Shown piece after piece: positions 27,132-37,133 of a stretch of DNA of 64,000 nucleotides. The translations under genes and the position numbers were made by a program. Source of the DNA: Patescibacteria group bacterium (GTDB taxonomy: Bacteria; Patescibacteriota; Minisyncoccia; Phycocordibacterales; PALSA-1337); contig JAGWWT010000001.1 in the NCBI GenBank assembly GCA_018970245.1, positions 17,548-81,547 on the forward strand. Reading direction: 5' to 3'. Under the pieces are notes generated by a model. The model did not search any database. It was not told where the DNA came from and worked only from the letters and a program-made list of their open reading frames with translations. The first letter of the stretch is position 1; every line of letters begins with the position of its first letter.

Positions 27132-27356
27132 ATGGTAAACCGAATGCGTTCGACAAGGTCCCACACCGGCAACCGCCGGTCGCACCACGCCCTCGATGCG
27201 GCGCGCTTTTCGAAGTGCAGCAATTGCGGCGCGATGCACCAGGCCCACAGGGTCTGCATGAATTGCGGCTCATATAACGGCAAGAAGGTCATCGACCTTG
27301 CCACCAAGGCCGCGCGCAAGGCCGCGAAAGCCAAGAAGGCCGAGAACGTCAGATAG
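27132..27356 (+). CDS. rpmF: 50S ribosomal protein L32
   Basis: 74 aa. MVNRMRSTRSHTGNRRSHHAL is the L32 N-terminus, followed by a CxxC...CxxC zinc ribbon. Confidence 0.85.
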   Translation: MVNRMRSTRSHTGNRRSHHALDAARFSKCSNCGAMHQAHRVCMNCGSYNGKKVIDLATKAARKAAKAKKAENVR

Positions 27357-27370
27357 TTTGCCAGCAGAGG

Positions 27371-27400
27371 AGATTTAAGATTTAAGAATTAAGATTTAAG
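27371..27400. repeat. Heptamer tandem array (AGATTTAAG/ATTTAAG/AATTAAG)
   Basis: agatttaagatttaagaattaagatttaag, between rpmF and nusB. Confidence 0.8.
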
Positions 27401-27491
27401 GAGCCGGGCAGCAGGCTTAAATCGTAGATCCTAAGTCGTAGATCTTCGCATTAGCACTAGAAAGCCAGCACTAGAAAGCTCTTTCATCGAA

Positions 27492-28394
27492 ATGGCCAAT
27501 AGGCACCTATCAAGATCCGTCGTATTGCAATCCCTCTTCGAGTGGGATTTCCGAGGCCGCAACGACAAGGAATCTCCCGAGATAATCTCCCGCAACGTCA
27601 AGGAGTTCGCGCCAGGCATGGCCGATACGTCTTTTATCGACCTTCTCATGAAGGGCATCATGGCCAAGAAGGCCGACCTCGACCAGATCATAGAGAAGGC
27701 CGCCCCGGATTGGCCTATAGACAAGATCTCTCCCGTCGACCGCAACATCCTCCGCCTAGGCCTCTACGAGCTCATATTCGCCGACCGCTCGGAAGTGCCG
27801 GCCAAGGTAGCGATCAACGAGGCCATCGAGCTCGCCAAGACCTTCGGCGGCGAGACATCCGGCCGATTCGTGAACGGCGTCCTCGGCGCCGTATACAAGG
27901 AGCTCGGCGAGCCAGGCAAGGAAGCGGCTCCGGCCAAGAAGAAGAAACCCGCCGAGGTGCCTTACGAGCAGATGCCCATACAGCATCTCGGAGGCGCTGT
28001 TGTGTACGCCAAGAACGAAAAGGACATCTATCTGGCCTTCGTCCATGACATCTTCGGGCACTGGACCCTTTCCAAGGGCAAGATCCCAGAGGGCATCGCG
28101 CCTGACCAGGGCACTATCAACAAAGTAAAAGAAGAGATAGGCCTGGATGTCTCGATCAAGTCCGATCTCGGCACGAATGAATACATCGCCAACGATCCGG
28201 AGATAGGGAAGATCAGGAAGCAAGTCCATTACTATTTGGCGGAGTCCTCATTCACGGACCTCCACCTGGCCAAGAAGCCCGGGCTCGACGACGCCAAGTG
28301 GTTCAAGCTGGCCGATATCTTAGAGCTCAATTTCTATAATGACATCCTGCCCATAGTCACGAAAGCCGTCACGATGCTCGCGCAAGAGAAATGA
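27492..28394 (+). CDS. nusB: NusB fused to a C-terminal Nudix-like domain
   Basis: Residues 1-145 are a typical NusB. After a KKKK linker comes GAVVYAKNE...GHWTLSKGKIPEG...NKVKEEIGL, a Nudix-like box whose R and E positions are substituted. Confidence 0.75.
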   Translation: MANRHLSRSVVLQSLFEWDFRGRNDKESPEIISRNVKEFAPGMADTSFIDLLMKGIMAKKADLDQIIEKAAPDWPIDKISPVDRNILRLGLYELIFADRSEVPAKVAINEAIELAKTFGGETSGRFVNGVLGAVYKELGEPGKEAAPAKKKKPAEVPYEQMPIQHLGGAVVYAKNEKDIYLAFVHDIFGHWTLSKGKIPEGIAPDQGTINKVKEEIGLDVSIKSDLGTNEYIANDPEIGKIRKQVHYYLAESSFTDLHLAKKPGLDDAKWFKLADILELNFYNDILPIVTKAVTMLAQEK

Positions 28395-29089
28395 AGCCTG
28401 ACCTCGAAAGCCTAGCCAAAAGCTTGGGCGTCCGGTTCAAGGACATCTCCATCCTACGGACAGCCTGCACCCACCGATCCTACCTGAACGAGAACAAGGG
28501 GGCCGGTTTCGAGCACAACGAGCGGCTGGAATTCCTAGGCGATGCCGTCCTAGAGCTGGTCGTCACCAGCTTCCTCTTCAAGAAGTATCCAAAGAAGGCC
28601 GAAGGCGAGCTGACCTCGCTGAGGTCGGCCATTGTGAACACGGTCAGCCTGACCAGAGTGGCCGAGCATATCGGCCTCAATGATTTCCTGCTCCTATCGA
28701 AGGGTGAGCTCCGGGACACCGGCCGCGCTCGCTCGATCATTCTGGCCAACGCCGTCGAAGCCGTGATAGGCGCCATCTACCTCGACCAGGGATATGAGAC
28801 CGCCGGCGGCTTCATATCAGACAAGATCCTCGGGTCTATAGACATCGACGAGATCGCCGCCAAGAAGCTGTGGCTCGACGCCAAGAGCCGATTCCAAGAG
28901 CAGGCGCAGGACAAAGCTGGCAAGACCCCGAGCTACCGCACTCTCCGTGAAGAGGGCCCAGACCATAACAAGCAGTTCACTCTAGGCGTGTTCCTCGGGG
29001 ACGTCCAGGTAGCCTCGGGCACCGGGGCATCGAAACAGGAGGCAGAGCAAAAGGCCGCAGAGAAGGCGCTGGAAGCCAAGGGGTGGTAG
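28391..29089 (+). CDS. rnc: Ribonuclease III
   Basis: 232 aa with the ERLEFLGDAVLELVV signature and a C-terminal dsRBD. Overlaps the nusB stop. Confidence 0.9.
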   Translation: MKPDLESLAKSLGVRFKDISILRTACTHRSYLNENKGAGFEHNERLEFLGDAVLELVVTSFLFKKYPKKAEGELTSLRSAIVNTVSLTRVAEHIGLNDFLLLSKGELRDTGRARSIILANAVEAVIGAIYLDQGYETAGGFISDKILGSIDIDEIAAKKLWLDAKSRFQEQAQDKAGKTPSYRTLREEGPDHNKQFTLGVFLGDVQVASGTGASKQEAEQKAAEKALEAKGW

Positions 29090-29183
29090 GCAGGGAGCCG
29101 GCAGCTGTGGATAAGTCTCTTCCGAGCGCGTGATGGGCGGGGATCGTGGTGGTATAATCTGACCGAATCGTCCTTTCACTATT

Positions 29184-29444
29184 ATGGGTATCAGCCTTTC
29201 GCACGACCTCGCCGTCCTTCTGGCTGCGAGCAGTCATGGGAACAAAGATGCGGCTGCATCTTCTGGGAGCTCGCCAAAGATAGCCCGCGAGCTGGAACAG
29301 GAATACCATCCGCCCTGCCAATTCCGGAGCGGAAAGAAGTGCATGGCATTCGTGCCCCGCTGCGACCAGTGCTCGCACATGGATGAGTCTGCCAAGAAGC
29401 CTTCCCTCTGGGAGGTGCTCCTGGGACTCGATCCGATCAACTGA
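29184..29444 (+). CDS. Hypothetical small Cys-rich protein
   Basis: 86-aa ORF (C..C....C..C pattern) followed directly by a strong terminator. The start is uncertain. Confidence 0.3.
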   Translation: MGISLSHDLAVLLAASSHGNKDAAASSGSSPKIARELEQEYHPPCQFRSGKKCMAFVPRCDQCSHMDESAKKPSLWEVLLGLDPIN

Positions 29445-29449
29445 TAGCT

Positions 29450-29472
29450 CGCCGCCTATTGGCGGTTTTTTC
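29450..29472 (+). terminator. Rho-independent terminator
   Basis: GCCGCCtattGGCGG followed by TTTTTTC. Confidence 0.7.
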
Positions 29473-29475
29473 ATA

Positions 29476-29527
29476 TCTCCAATCTCTAATATCTAATCTC
29501 TAATATCTAATCTCTAATCTCCAATCC
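29476..29527. repeat. Heptamer tandem array (reverse complement of ATTAGAG/ATTAGAT units)
   Basis: tctccaatctctaatatctaatctctaatatctaatctctaatctccaatcc, immediately upstream of smc. Confidence 0.85.
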
Positions 29528-29549
29528 CCCCTCATGCTAGAATTACTCC

Positions 29550-31811
29550 ATGCATCTCAAGAGCCTGGAGGTATCTGGCTTCAAATCTTTCGCCAAGAAG
29601 GCTTCGCTCGCCTTCACCACGCCCATAACCGGCATCGTCGGCCCGAATGGCTCCGGCAAGTCGAACATCGCCGAGTCGTTCCGATTCGTGCTCGGCGAAC
29701 AATCTATCAAGTCCCTGCGAGGCCGCCGCGGCGAGGACATGATCTGGAACGGCGGCGGCGACGGCGCTTCGGCTGCAGGCCGCGCCAACAGGGCTTCGGT
29801 CAAGCTCGTATTCGACAACTCGAAGCGCCTATTCCCATCGATCGATTTCGACGAGGTTTCCATCGAGCGCGTAGTCCATCGCGACAATTCCAACGAGTAT
29901 CTCTTGAACGGGTCCCAGGTCAGGCTCAAGGACATCGTGGAGATCCTTGGATCCGCGCATATCGGAGCGACGGGCTATCATATCATCTCTCAAGGCGAGG
30001 CTGACCGCATCCTTTCGGCCTCGATAAGGGAGCGGCGCGAGATGATCGAAGATGCCCTGGGGCTCAAAGTCTACCAATGGAAGAAGCTCGAGAGCATGCG
30101 CAAGCTCGAGAGGACGGAAGAGAACATGAAGCAGGTCGAGTCGCTCCGCCGGGAGATCGCCCCTCACATCAGATTCCTCAAGAAGCAGGTCGAGAAGATC
30201 GAGCGTGCCGAAGAGCTCCGTAGGGAGCTGATCCAGCTATACAAGGCGTATCTCGCCGATGAAGAAGCATACATCAGAGCCGAGCGGGAAAGCATAGCCG
30301 CCGCCTCGGCCGCGCCGCGCAAGGAGGCGGCCGATCTGGATAGGGAGCTCGAGAGCGCGAAGAAGATCCTGACCGGCTCGAAGGGCAGCGATGCTAAGAG
30401 CGGTGAAGTCGTCGGTCTGGAGAGCCGCATCAAGGCGGTCCGGGCCGAGAAGGATTCGATAACGCGCGAGCTGGGCCGGATAGAGGGCGAGATGAATGCC
30501 TGCCGCCGCGCTATCGACAAGGAGAAGGAGAAGCAGAAGAGGGACGAATTCAAGACGATCTATCTCAAGGACTTGGAGGAAGCCGTCGCTTCCGCCGAGA
30601 TATTCCAGACGGTCAAGGAGGTCATATCCTCCCTTAGAGCTTTCATCTCCAGGCACAGGCAGTCAGTCGATTCCTCGGTCATCGCCGATTCGGAGAAGGA
30701 GATAGAGGCGCTTTCCAGGGAGAAGGCCGGCCTAGAGTCGCGCCTGAAGGACCTGATAGAAGAGGAGAGCCGCCTTTCTAAAGAATATGAGAGCCTCAAG
30801 GCTTCCATCGAGAAGGATAAGGACACCAACCGCGACGCGGAGAAGGAAGTCTTCAGAGTGATCGCCAGACAGAACGAGGTCCGGAGCGCGCTCGCCGCCC
30901 TTTCCGGCCGTTCCGCTGCCCTCGATCGGATCGAGGCAGACTTCAAGAGAGAGCTAGGCGAAGCGGCTTCCATTGCCGGCCGCGAAGCCGTTGAATATGA
31001 CCGGGCGCCGGAGGCTGGCCGCGCATCGAGCGCCGAGACCAGGCAAGAGCAGGAAGAGCGCCGGCGCAAGATCGAGAAGCACAAGGTCCGCTTGGAGGAT
31101 GCCGGCGGGGCAGGGGGCGCTGAGGTCATGAAGGAGTACAAGGAGACGGAGGAGCGCGATGCATTCTTGGCCAAGGAGATCGTCGATCTGGAGAAGGCCA
31201 GAGAAGAGCTCGTCAGGCTCATAGCCGAGCTCGACGCGCGCCTCGACATGGAATTCAAGAGCGGCATCCTGAAGATAAACGCCGAATTCCAGAAGCTCTT
31301 CACGCTCATGTTCGGAGGCGGCCGGGCCGAGCTATCAGTCGTCAAGGAAGCGAGGCGCCGCAAGAAGAGCGAGATGGAGGAGCTGGACGAGGCCCTCTCC
31401 GGAGACATGCCAGGCGCGCCGTCGGATGCCGAGATGGATGCACAAGAAGACGGGCCGGAAGGCCTGGAAGTGAGCGTCAGCTTGCCGCGGAAGAAGGTCA
31501 AAGGATTGATGATGCTCTCAGGCGGGGAACGCGCTTTGACGTCGATCGCGCTCCTCTTCGCCATCTCGCAGGTCAATCCGCCGCCATTCATCATCCTCGA
31601 TGAGACGGATGCCGCCCTCGATGAGGCCAATTCCAAGAAATACGGCGATATGATCGCCGATCTTTCGAGGCGCTCGCAGCTCATACTCATAACCCATAAT
31701 CGAGAGACCATGTCCAGGGCCGGAGTCATCTACGGCGTGACCATGGGCTCTGACGGCGCTTCTAGGCTGCTCTCGATCGCCTTCGAGGAGGCGGTCGCGG
31801 TGGCGAAATGA
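29550..31811 (+). CDS. smc: SMC-family chromosome-partition ATPase (short, no obvious hinge)
   Basis: 753 aa. N-terminal Walker A (GPNGSGKSN), long coiled coil, C-terminal LSGGERALTSIALLFAI...ILDETDAALD signature and Walker B. Confidence 0.65.
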   Translation: MHLKSLEVSGFKSFAKKASLAFTTPITGIVGPNGSGKSNIAESFRFVLGEQSIKSLRGRRGEDMIWNGGGDGASAAGRANRASVKLVFDNSKRLFPSIDFDEVSIERVVHRDNSNEYLLNGSQVRLKDIVEILGSAHIGATGYHIISQGEADRILSASIRERREMIEDALGLKVYQWKKLESMRKLERTEENMKQVESLRREIAPHIRFLKKQVEKIERAEELRRELIQLYKAYLADEEAYIRAERESIAAASAAPRKEAADLDRELESAKKILTGSKGSDAKSGEVVGLESRIKAVRAEKDSITRELGRIEGEMNACRRAIDKEKEKQKRDEFKTIYLKDLEEAVASAEIFQTVKEVISSLRAFISRHRQSVDSSVIADSEKEIEALSREKAGLESRLKDLIEEESRLSKEYESLKASIEKDKDTNRDAEKEVFRVIARQNEVRSALAALSGRSAALDRIEADFKRELGEAASIAGREAVEYDRAPEAGRASSAETRQEQEERRRKIEKHKVRLEDAGGAGGAEVMKEYKETEERDAFLAKEIVDLEKAREELVRLIAELDARLDMEFKSGILKINAEFQKLFTLMFGGGRAELSVVKEARRRKKSEMEELDEALSGDMPGAPSDAEMDAQEDGPEGLEVSVSLPRKKVKGLMMLSGGERALTSIALLFAISQVNPPPFIILDETDAALDEANSKKYGDMIADLSRRSQLILITHNRETMSRAGVIYGVTMGSDGASRLLSIAFEEAVAVAK

Positions 31812-31898
31812 TCGCCCTAGAGCAGATCGCCCGGCATGCTTTCCAGGGCTTCTCCCGCAGCATTGCCGCCGGGCCTCTCTATGCTGTAGACTTCTTGC

Positions 31899-32627
31899 AT
31901 GGAAGACCTGACAAAGCAGCAGCTCATACTCCTCGGGCTCCTAGTATCATTCGTGACGTCGCTCGCCACAGGCATAGTCACTGTCTCTCTCATGAACCAG
32001 TATCCGGAGAGCACCAGGACCGTATCCCAAGTCATAGAAAAGACGATCCAGCAGATAGCCGCGCCGCAAGATGCGGCTGTCGTCGAATCGCAGGACACGC
32101 CATCATCGGCGCTCGCGGCATTCTCGCCTAGCTTGGTCAGATTCGTGCAGGCCGACGCCACTACCACCGTGAACGGCATCGGCGTCGTGCTCACAGACAC
32201 GGGAGTGGTCCTCACCGACAAAGCCTCTATCGGCGGCGCGCCAGGCATCTTAGCGAAGATGGAAGACGGCGAGCTCATCCCATATAGCGTCATCCGATCG
32301 CAGGACAATGGAGACATAGTCTTTCTGGCGCCATCTGCAACGGCCCAGCATGCCTATTCTCCGGCGTCTTTGGCGCCTGGTCCGTCCCTAGGAGAGCCGG
32401 TCCTGTCGCTTTCGGGCACATCGACGATGAGCCTAAGCGAAGGATATATCGCCAGCTCGGACCTTTCTATGGTGAGGACTTCCATAGCCGTAGATGAGGT
32501 CATCCCCGGAAGCCCGCTCTTCGACATGAAGGGCCGGCTCATCGGAGTGCGGCTTTCTTCCGTCGAGAACGCGCACGGAGCCGCTTTCTATCCGATCTCG
32601 AACTTGCAGTCAGTCATACCTAAATGA
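31899..32627 (+). CDS. Membrane-anchored trypsin-like (HtrA-type) serine protease domain protein
   Basis: 242 aa with an N-terminal TM and a C-terminal region IPGSPLFDMKGRLIGV resembling the GNSGGPL catalytic-Ser motif. Confidence 0.4.
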   Translation: MEDLTKQQLILLGLLVSFVTSLATGIVTVSLMNQYPESTRTVSQVIEKTIQQIAAPQDAAVVESQDTPSSALAAFSPSLVRFVQADATTTVNGIGVVLTDTGVVLTDKASIGGAPGILAKMEDGELIPYSVIRSQDNGDIVFLAPSATAQHAYSPASLAPGPSLGEPVLSLSGTSTMSLSEGYIASSDLSMVRTSIAVDEVIPGSPLFDMKGRLIGVRLSSVENAHGAAFYPISNLQSVIPK

Positions 32628-32639
32628 TATGGTACGCCC

Positions 32640-33704
32640 ATGTGGAAGGACCAAAAGGAAAGGATCTTCAATCGATTCTCGAATGATATCGGCATCGACC
32701 TTGGGACGGCCAATACTCTCGTATATGTGCGCGGCAAGGGCATAGTGGTCACAGAGCCGTCCGTCGTGGCGGTGAATGAAAAGACAGGCCAGGTGGTCGC
32801 CGTAGGAGCAGCAGCCAAGGAGATGCTCGGTCGCACCCCGACTCACATAACAGCTGTCAGGCCTCTGGTCGACGGAGTCATCTCCGATTTCGAGGTCACG
32901 GAGGAGATGCTCTCATATCTCATGAAGCGCGCCGGAGAATTCATGCCCAAGCGCCTCATGGGCCCACGAGTGGTGGTCGGCGTTCCATCCGGCGTGACTA
33001 ACGTCGAGGTGAGGGCCGTCAGAGACGCGACCAGGAATGCCGGCGCTCGCGAAGTCTACATAGTCGAGCAGCCCATGGCCGGAGCAATCGGCATCAGGCT
33101 TCCGATCCATGATCCCGTAGGCAGTATGATCATAGACATCGGAGGGGGCACTTCGGACATCGCCATCATCTCTCTCGGCGGCATCGTCAGGTCCAAGAGC
33201 CTTAAGATCGCAGGCGACAGATTCAACCAAGACATCATCTCCTACATAAGGAACGAGTTCAAGATACTCATAGGCGAGACGACGGCGGAGCAGGTCAAGA
33301 TCGCCGTCGGCTCGGTCATACCCGACCAGCCTATGGAGACGACGATCCGAGGCCGAGACCTCATCACCGGCCTGCCTCGCGAGGTGGTCATTACCGATTC
33401 CGACATACGCGAAGCCATGGGCCAATCTGTCGAGGCGCTTGTCGCGTCGGCCAGGGAGGTCCTGGAAACGACGCCGCCCGAGATCCTGGCTGATGTGATG
33501 CGCCGTGGCGTGCACCTCGTCGGAGGAGGGGCTCTAATTAAGGGCCTGAATGACCTCCTGGCGGAGAGCTTGCAGCTCCCGGTCACGGTAGCCGAGGAGC
33601 CGCTGACTGCCATAGCCAGGGGAGCGGGGATAATCCTGGAAGACTTGGACAGGTTCAAGAACGTCCTTTTGCAAAGCGAAGATGACCTACCTAGAAGCTC
33701 GTAA
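32640..33704 (+). CDS. mreB: Rod shape-determining protein MreB
   Basis: 354 aa. FSNDIGIDLGTANTLVYV matches the MreB N-terminus, with actin-fold motifs. Confidence 0.9.
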   Translation: MWKDQKERIFNRFSNDIGIDLGTANTLVYVRGKGIVVTEPSVVAVNEKTGQVVAVGAAAKEMLGRTPTHITAVRPLVDGVISDFEVTEEMLSYLMKRAGEFMPKRLMGPRVVVGVPSGVTNVEVRAVRDATRNAGAREVYIVEQPMAGAIGIRLPIHDPVGSMIIDIGGGTSDIAIISLGGIVRSKSLKIAGDRFNQDIISYIRNEFKILIGETTAEQVKIAVGSVIPDQPMETTIRGRDLITGLPREVVITDSDIREAMGQSVEALVASAREVLETTPPEILADVMRRGVHLVGGGALIKGLNDLLAESLQLPVTVAEEPLTAIARGAGIILEDLDRFKNVLLQSEDDLPRSS

Positions 33705-34467
33705 ACGCCGTTCGTCAGGCAAGCGCATCGCTTTCTATGCGTGCGCGGCCATCGTCGCGATCGTCGCTGCCGTGCAGCTCTTGCGCCCGATGCTCTTTCC
33801 GTCTCTCTTCACCACGATCGCCAGGCCGTTCTGGCGCGTCCAGCTGGCGATCCAGCTCGGGTCCATGCGATCCCCAGAAGCTCTCATGCAGGAGAACGCC
33901 TACCTGACTCAGCAGCTGGACGCCGCCAATGTCCGTCTCCAATCCGTGCAGTCGCTGGAGAGCCAGAATGAGGAGCTGAAGGCCCTCTTAGGACGCGCTT
34001 CGAGCACGCCGTACACGCTGGCCGCCGTCCTCGAACATCCAGCGGTCTCGGCCTATGACGAGCTCATCATAGACATCGGTTCCGACTATGGGCTGCAGGA
34101 CGGCGATCCAGTCTACGCGAGCGGCGACGCTCTTATCGGCAAGGTCTCCGAGGTGCTCGGCGACACCGCAAAGGTCCTCTTGTATTCATCTCCCGGGCAG
34201 TCATACGAAGTGATGATCGGCAAAGCCCATTCTTCGGCTGAGGCCATAGGGCGGGGAGGCGGCCAATATGAGGCCCAGCTGCCGCGCGACGTATCAGTTT
34301 CTGCGGGCGACCCAGTGAACGCGCCTGGCTTGAGCGCGGCGCCATTCGGCATCGTCTCGGCGGTCGTGTCCGATCCGGCCCAGCCGTTCGAGAAGGTCCT
34401 CTTCGCGCCGCCCGTGAACATCTATCAGCTCAGATGGGTCCTGGTGGACACGCACCAGCAGATCTGA
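33682..34467 (+). CDS. mreC: Rod shape-determining protein MreC
   Basis: 261 aa with an N-terminal TM, a coiled coil and a C-terminal beta domain. Positioned after mreB. Confidence 0.75.
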   Translation: MTYLEARKRRSSGKRIAFYACAAIVAIVAAVQLLRPMLFPSLFTTIARPFWRVQLAIQLGSMRSPEALMQENAYLTQQLDAANVRLQSVQSLESQNEELKALLGRASSTPYTLAAVLEHPAVSAYDELIIDIGSDYGLQDGDPVYASGDALIGKVSEVLGDTAKVLLYSSPGQSYEVMIGKAHSSAEAIGRGGGQYEAQLPRDVSVSAGDPVNAPGLSAAPFGIVSAVVSDPAQPFEKVLFAPPVNIYQLRWVLVDTHQQI

Positions 34468-34487
34468 TCCATCCCGGATCCTCATCC

Positions 34488-34769
34488 ATGACCAAAGGCA
34501 AAGCACTACTGCGCATCGCTGTCGATATCGCCCTATTCGGGAGCATCATCGAAGGATGGTGGTTCTCCGCTCTCGCTATCGGATTGATAGGCGCCTGGCT
34601 GCTCCCGTATTTTGCCGAGGCTTTGATAGCGGGATTCTTCTATGACGGTCTTTTCGGGATGGCTGCAGGCATGGGTCTCAAGGGCTATGGCGGGACCATC
34701 GCGGCGACCGCCATTCTGGCCATCGCAAGCGGCATCAAGCGGGTGGTCGTGCATAGGCCTCGCCTCTGA
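34488..34769 (+). CDS. mreD: Rod shape-determining protein MreD-like small membrane protein
   Basis: 93 aa with 2-3 TM helices, located between mreC and the PBP2 gene. Confidence 0.4.
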   Translation: MTKGKALLRIAVDIALFGSIIEGWWFSALAIGLIGAWLLPYFAEALIAGFFYDGLFGMAAGMGLKGYGGTIAATAILAIASGIKRVVVHRPRL

Positions 34770-34773
34770 TACA

Positions 34774-36546
34774 ATGCGTCCAATGCAGACCCTGTGGAAG
34801 AGCTTCATTAAAAGGACCAGGCTCGGCGGCCGGCGCAACCGCCGCAGCCGGGAGATAGATCCTGACGAGGTCCTTATAGACTCCAGCAACCTCCCGAGAT
34901 ATGACACCTCGCGATTCGAGGGCCGGCTCGAGAAATCCATCAAGCGCCGTTCGCTCTATTCCGTGGGCGCCGCCTTCGCTGTGATAGCCGTGGCCGTCTT
35001 CGTCCAGGCAGCCAGCATGGAGCTAGTCCATGGGAGCGACTACAGGACGATGAGCGAAGACAACCTCCTGCGCCCGGAGCCGATATTCGCCGGAAGAGGC
35101 GTGATATTCGACCGGAACGGCGTCCTTCTAGCCTGGAATGCGCCTCCTCCGGCTTCCTGCGCGAGCGACGCCACCTCCTCTCAATGCTCGGACGAATTCG
35201 TGCCCCAGCGCGAGTATGCGACGACCACCGGGTTGGCCCACATCCTCGGATACGTCCAATATCCTTCCAAGGACAGCAACGGCTTCTACTACCAGGAAGA
35301 CTTCCAGGGCATGGCCGGAGCCGAAAAATATTTCGATAGCGAGCTGAAGGGGCAAGCTGGATCGCGCCTCATCGAAGTCGATGCCCACGGCAAGATCGTC
35401 TCCGAGAACACGATCCAGCCTCCTGTCCAGGGAAAGAATATCACCCTGTCCATCGACAGCCGGGTCGAGTCCGATCTATACAATAGCCTGGAAGACGTCG
35501 CCAAAAAGGTCGGATACACTGGAGGCGCCGGCGTCATTATGGACGTCCATACGGGGGAGCTCATAGCGCTCACCAGCTATCCTGAGTACAGCTCGCAGAT
35601 CATGTCCGACAAGACGGACGTAGCGGCCGTCCAGGCCATGCTCAATGATCCAGGCCTGCCATTCCTGAACAGGGCGATCGACGGCCTTTATACCCCCGGC
35701 TCCATCGTCAAGCCGTACGAAGCAATAGGCGCCCTGGACGCGCACATCATCGACCCGGATAAGATAATCCACACCAAGGGCTATATCTCAATCCCGAGCC
35801 CTTATGACCCGACGAAGGTGTACCTTTTCAAGGACTGGAAGAACCTGGGCGACCTAGATATGCGGCATGCCATCGCCATGTCGTCTGACGCATATTTCTA
35901 CACAGTGGGAGGCGGCTATGGCGATCAAAAAGGCTTAGGCATCGATAACATCGACAAGTACGAGGGCATGTTCGGCCTTGGCACGACGACTATGGACGGC
36001 GTGCCGTCATTCTTGTATCCGAAGGCAGGCATCATCCCAACGCCCGCATGGAAGAAGGCCACTTTCAATCAGGATTGGTATCTGGGAGACACATACCACT
36101 CGGCCATCGGCCAATACGGCTGGCTGGTCACGCCGATGCAGATCGTGCGCGCCGTTGGAGCGATGGCGAACTATGGCACTGTCCTCACGCCGACCATCCT
36201 CAAGGGCCAGCAGCCGCATGTCGAATCAGTGGTTAACATACCGAGAGCGGATTTCGACGTCGTCCATCAGGGCATGCGCCTCGGCGTGCAGATAGGGACG
36301 AGCATCGCCTTGAATGTCCCGTTCGCTGAATTCGCCGGCAAGTCGGGCACCGCCGAGCTAGGCGTGACGAAGGACAATGTCAATTCGTGGATCACCGGTT
36401 TTTGGCCATACCAGGACCCCAAATATGCCTTTGCGGTCACGATGGAGCACGGTTCGGTCCACGAGCTCATAGGAGCGGCGGCCGCTATGCGCGAGACGAT
36501 ATACGCGATGGACGCGAATGCGCCGGAGTATTTCAGCCAGAATTGA
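34774..36546 (+). CDS. mrdA: Penicillin-binding protein 2 (elongasome transpeptidase)
   Basis: About 590 aa from MRPMQTLW. Contains TPGSIVKPY (SxxK), a dimerisation domain and a transpeptidase domain. Confidence 0.8.
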   Translation: MRPMQTLWKSFIKRTRLGGRRNRRSREIDPDEVLIDSSNLPRYDTSRFEGRLEKSIKRRSLYSVGAAFAVIAVAVFVQAASMELVHGSDYRTMSEDNLLRPEPIFAGRGVIFDRNGVLLAWNAPPPASCASDATSSQCSDEFVPQREYATTTGLAHILGYVQYPSKDSNGFYYQEDFQGMAGAEKYFDSELKGQAGSRLIEVDAHGKIVSENTIQPPVQGKNITLSIDSRVESDLYNSLEDVAKKVGYTGGAGVIMDVHTGELIALTSYPEYSSQIMSDKTDVAAVQAMLNDPGLPFLNRAIDGLYTPGSIVKPYEAIGALDAHIIDPDKIIHTKGYISIPSPYDPTKVYLFKDWKNLGDLDMRHAIAMSSDAYFYTVGGGYGDQKGLGIDNIDKYEGMFGLGTTTMDGVPSFLYPKAGIIPTPAWKKATFNQDWYLGDTYHSAIGQYGWLVTPMQIVRAVGAMANYGTVLTPTILKGQQPHVESVVNIPRADFDVVHQGMRLGVQIGTSIALNVPFAEFAGKSGTAELGVTKDNVNSWITGFWPYQDPKYAFAVTMEHGSVHELIGAAAAMRETIYAMDANAPEYFSQN

Positions 36547-36650
36547 TCGATAAAGCCGCTGCGCGGGCAGGCCGCTATGGCTAAAAATCCCGCTATCTGG
36601 TATATTATCTTCGCAAATCGCCTTAGAAGCCTAAGCGTATTTTTATTTTC

Positions 36651-37118
36651 ATGACCACAGATGCCCAATATTTGACTAACGAGAAATTCGCCGAGCTGCA
36701 GAAAGAGCTGGATCATCTGCGGATAGAGCGCCGCAAAGAAGTGGCTGAGCACCTCGAGTATGCGAAGAAGCTCGGCGATCTTTCGGAGAATGCCGAATAC
36801 CATCAGGCCAGAGAAGAGCAGGCCGAAGTCGAAGACCGCATAAGCAGGCTGGAGCAGCTCCTCAAGAACGCCATCATAACGGGCGAGGGCAGCAAGGACG
36901 TCATCACGATCGGTTCGACCTTCAGGCTCCAGAAAGATGGAGACAACAAGTCCTACCTATATACGATCGTCGGCTCTGAAGAAGCGGATATGTCGCAGGG
37001 AAAGATCTCGAACCTCTCGCCGCTCGGTTCGGCGGTCCTCGGCCACAAGGAAGGCGACAAGGTCACCATACAGACCCCGAAAGGCAAGGTCACTTACTCG
37101 GTCGTCGTGATACAATAG
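36651..37118 (+). CDS. greA: Transcription elongation factor GreA
   Basis: 155 aa with the GDLSENAEY motif and a C-terminal FKBP-like domain. Confidence 0.9.
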   Translation: MTTDAQYLTNEKFAELQKELDHLRIERRKEVAEHLEYAKKLGDLSENAEYHQAREEQAEVEDRISRLEQLLKNAIITGEGSKDVITIGSTFRLQKDGDNKSYLYTIVGSEEADMSQGKISNLSPLGSAVLGHKEGDKVTIQTPKGKVTYSVVVIQ

Positions 37119-37133
37119 AGGCTATCAACCTCA

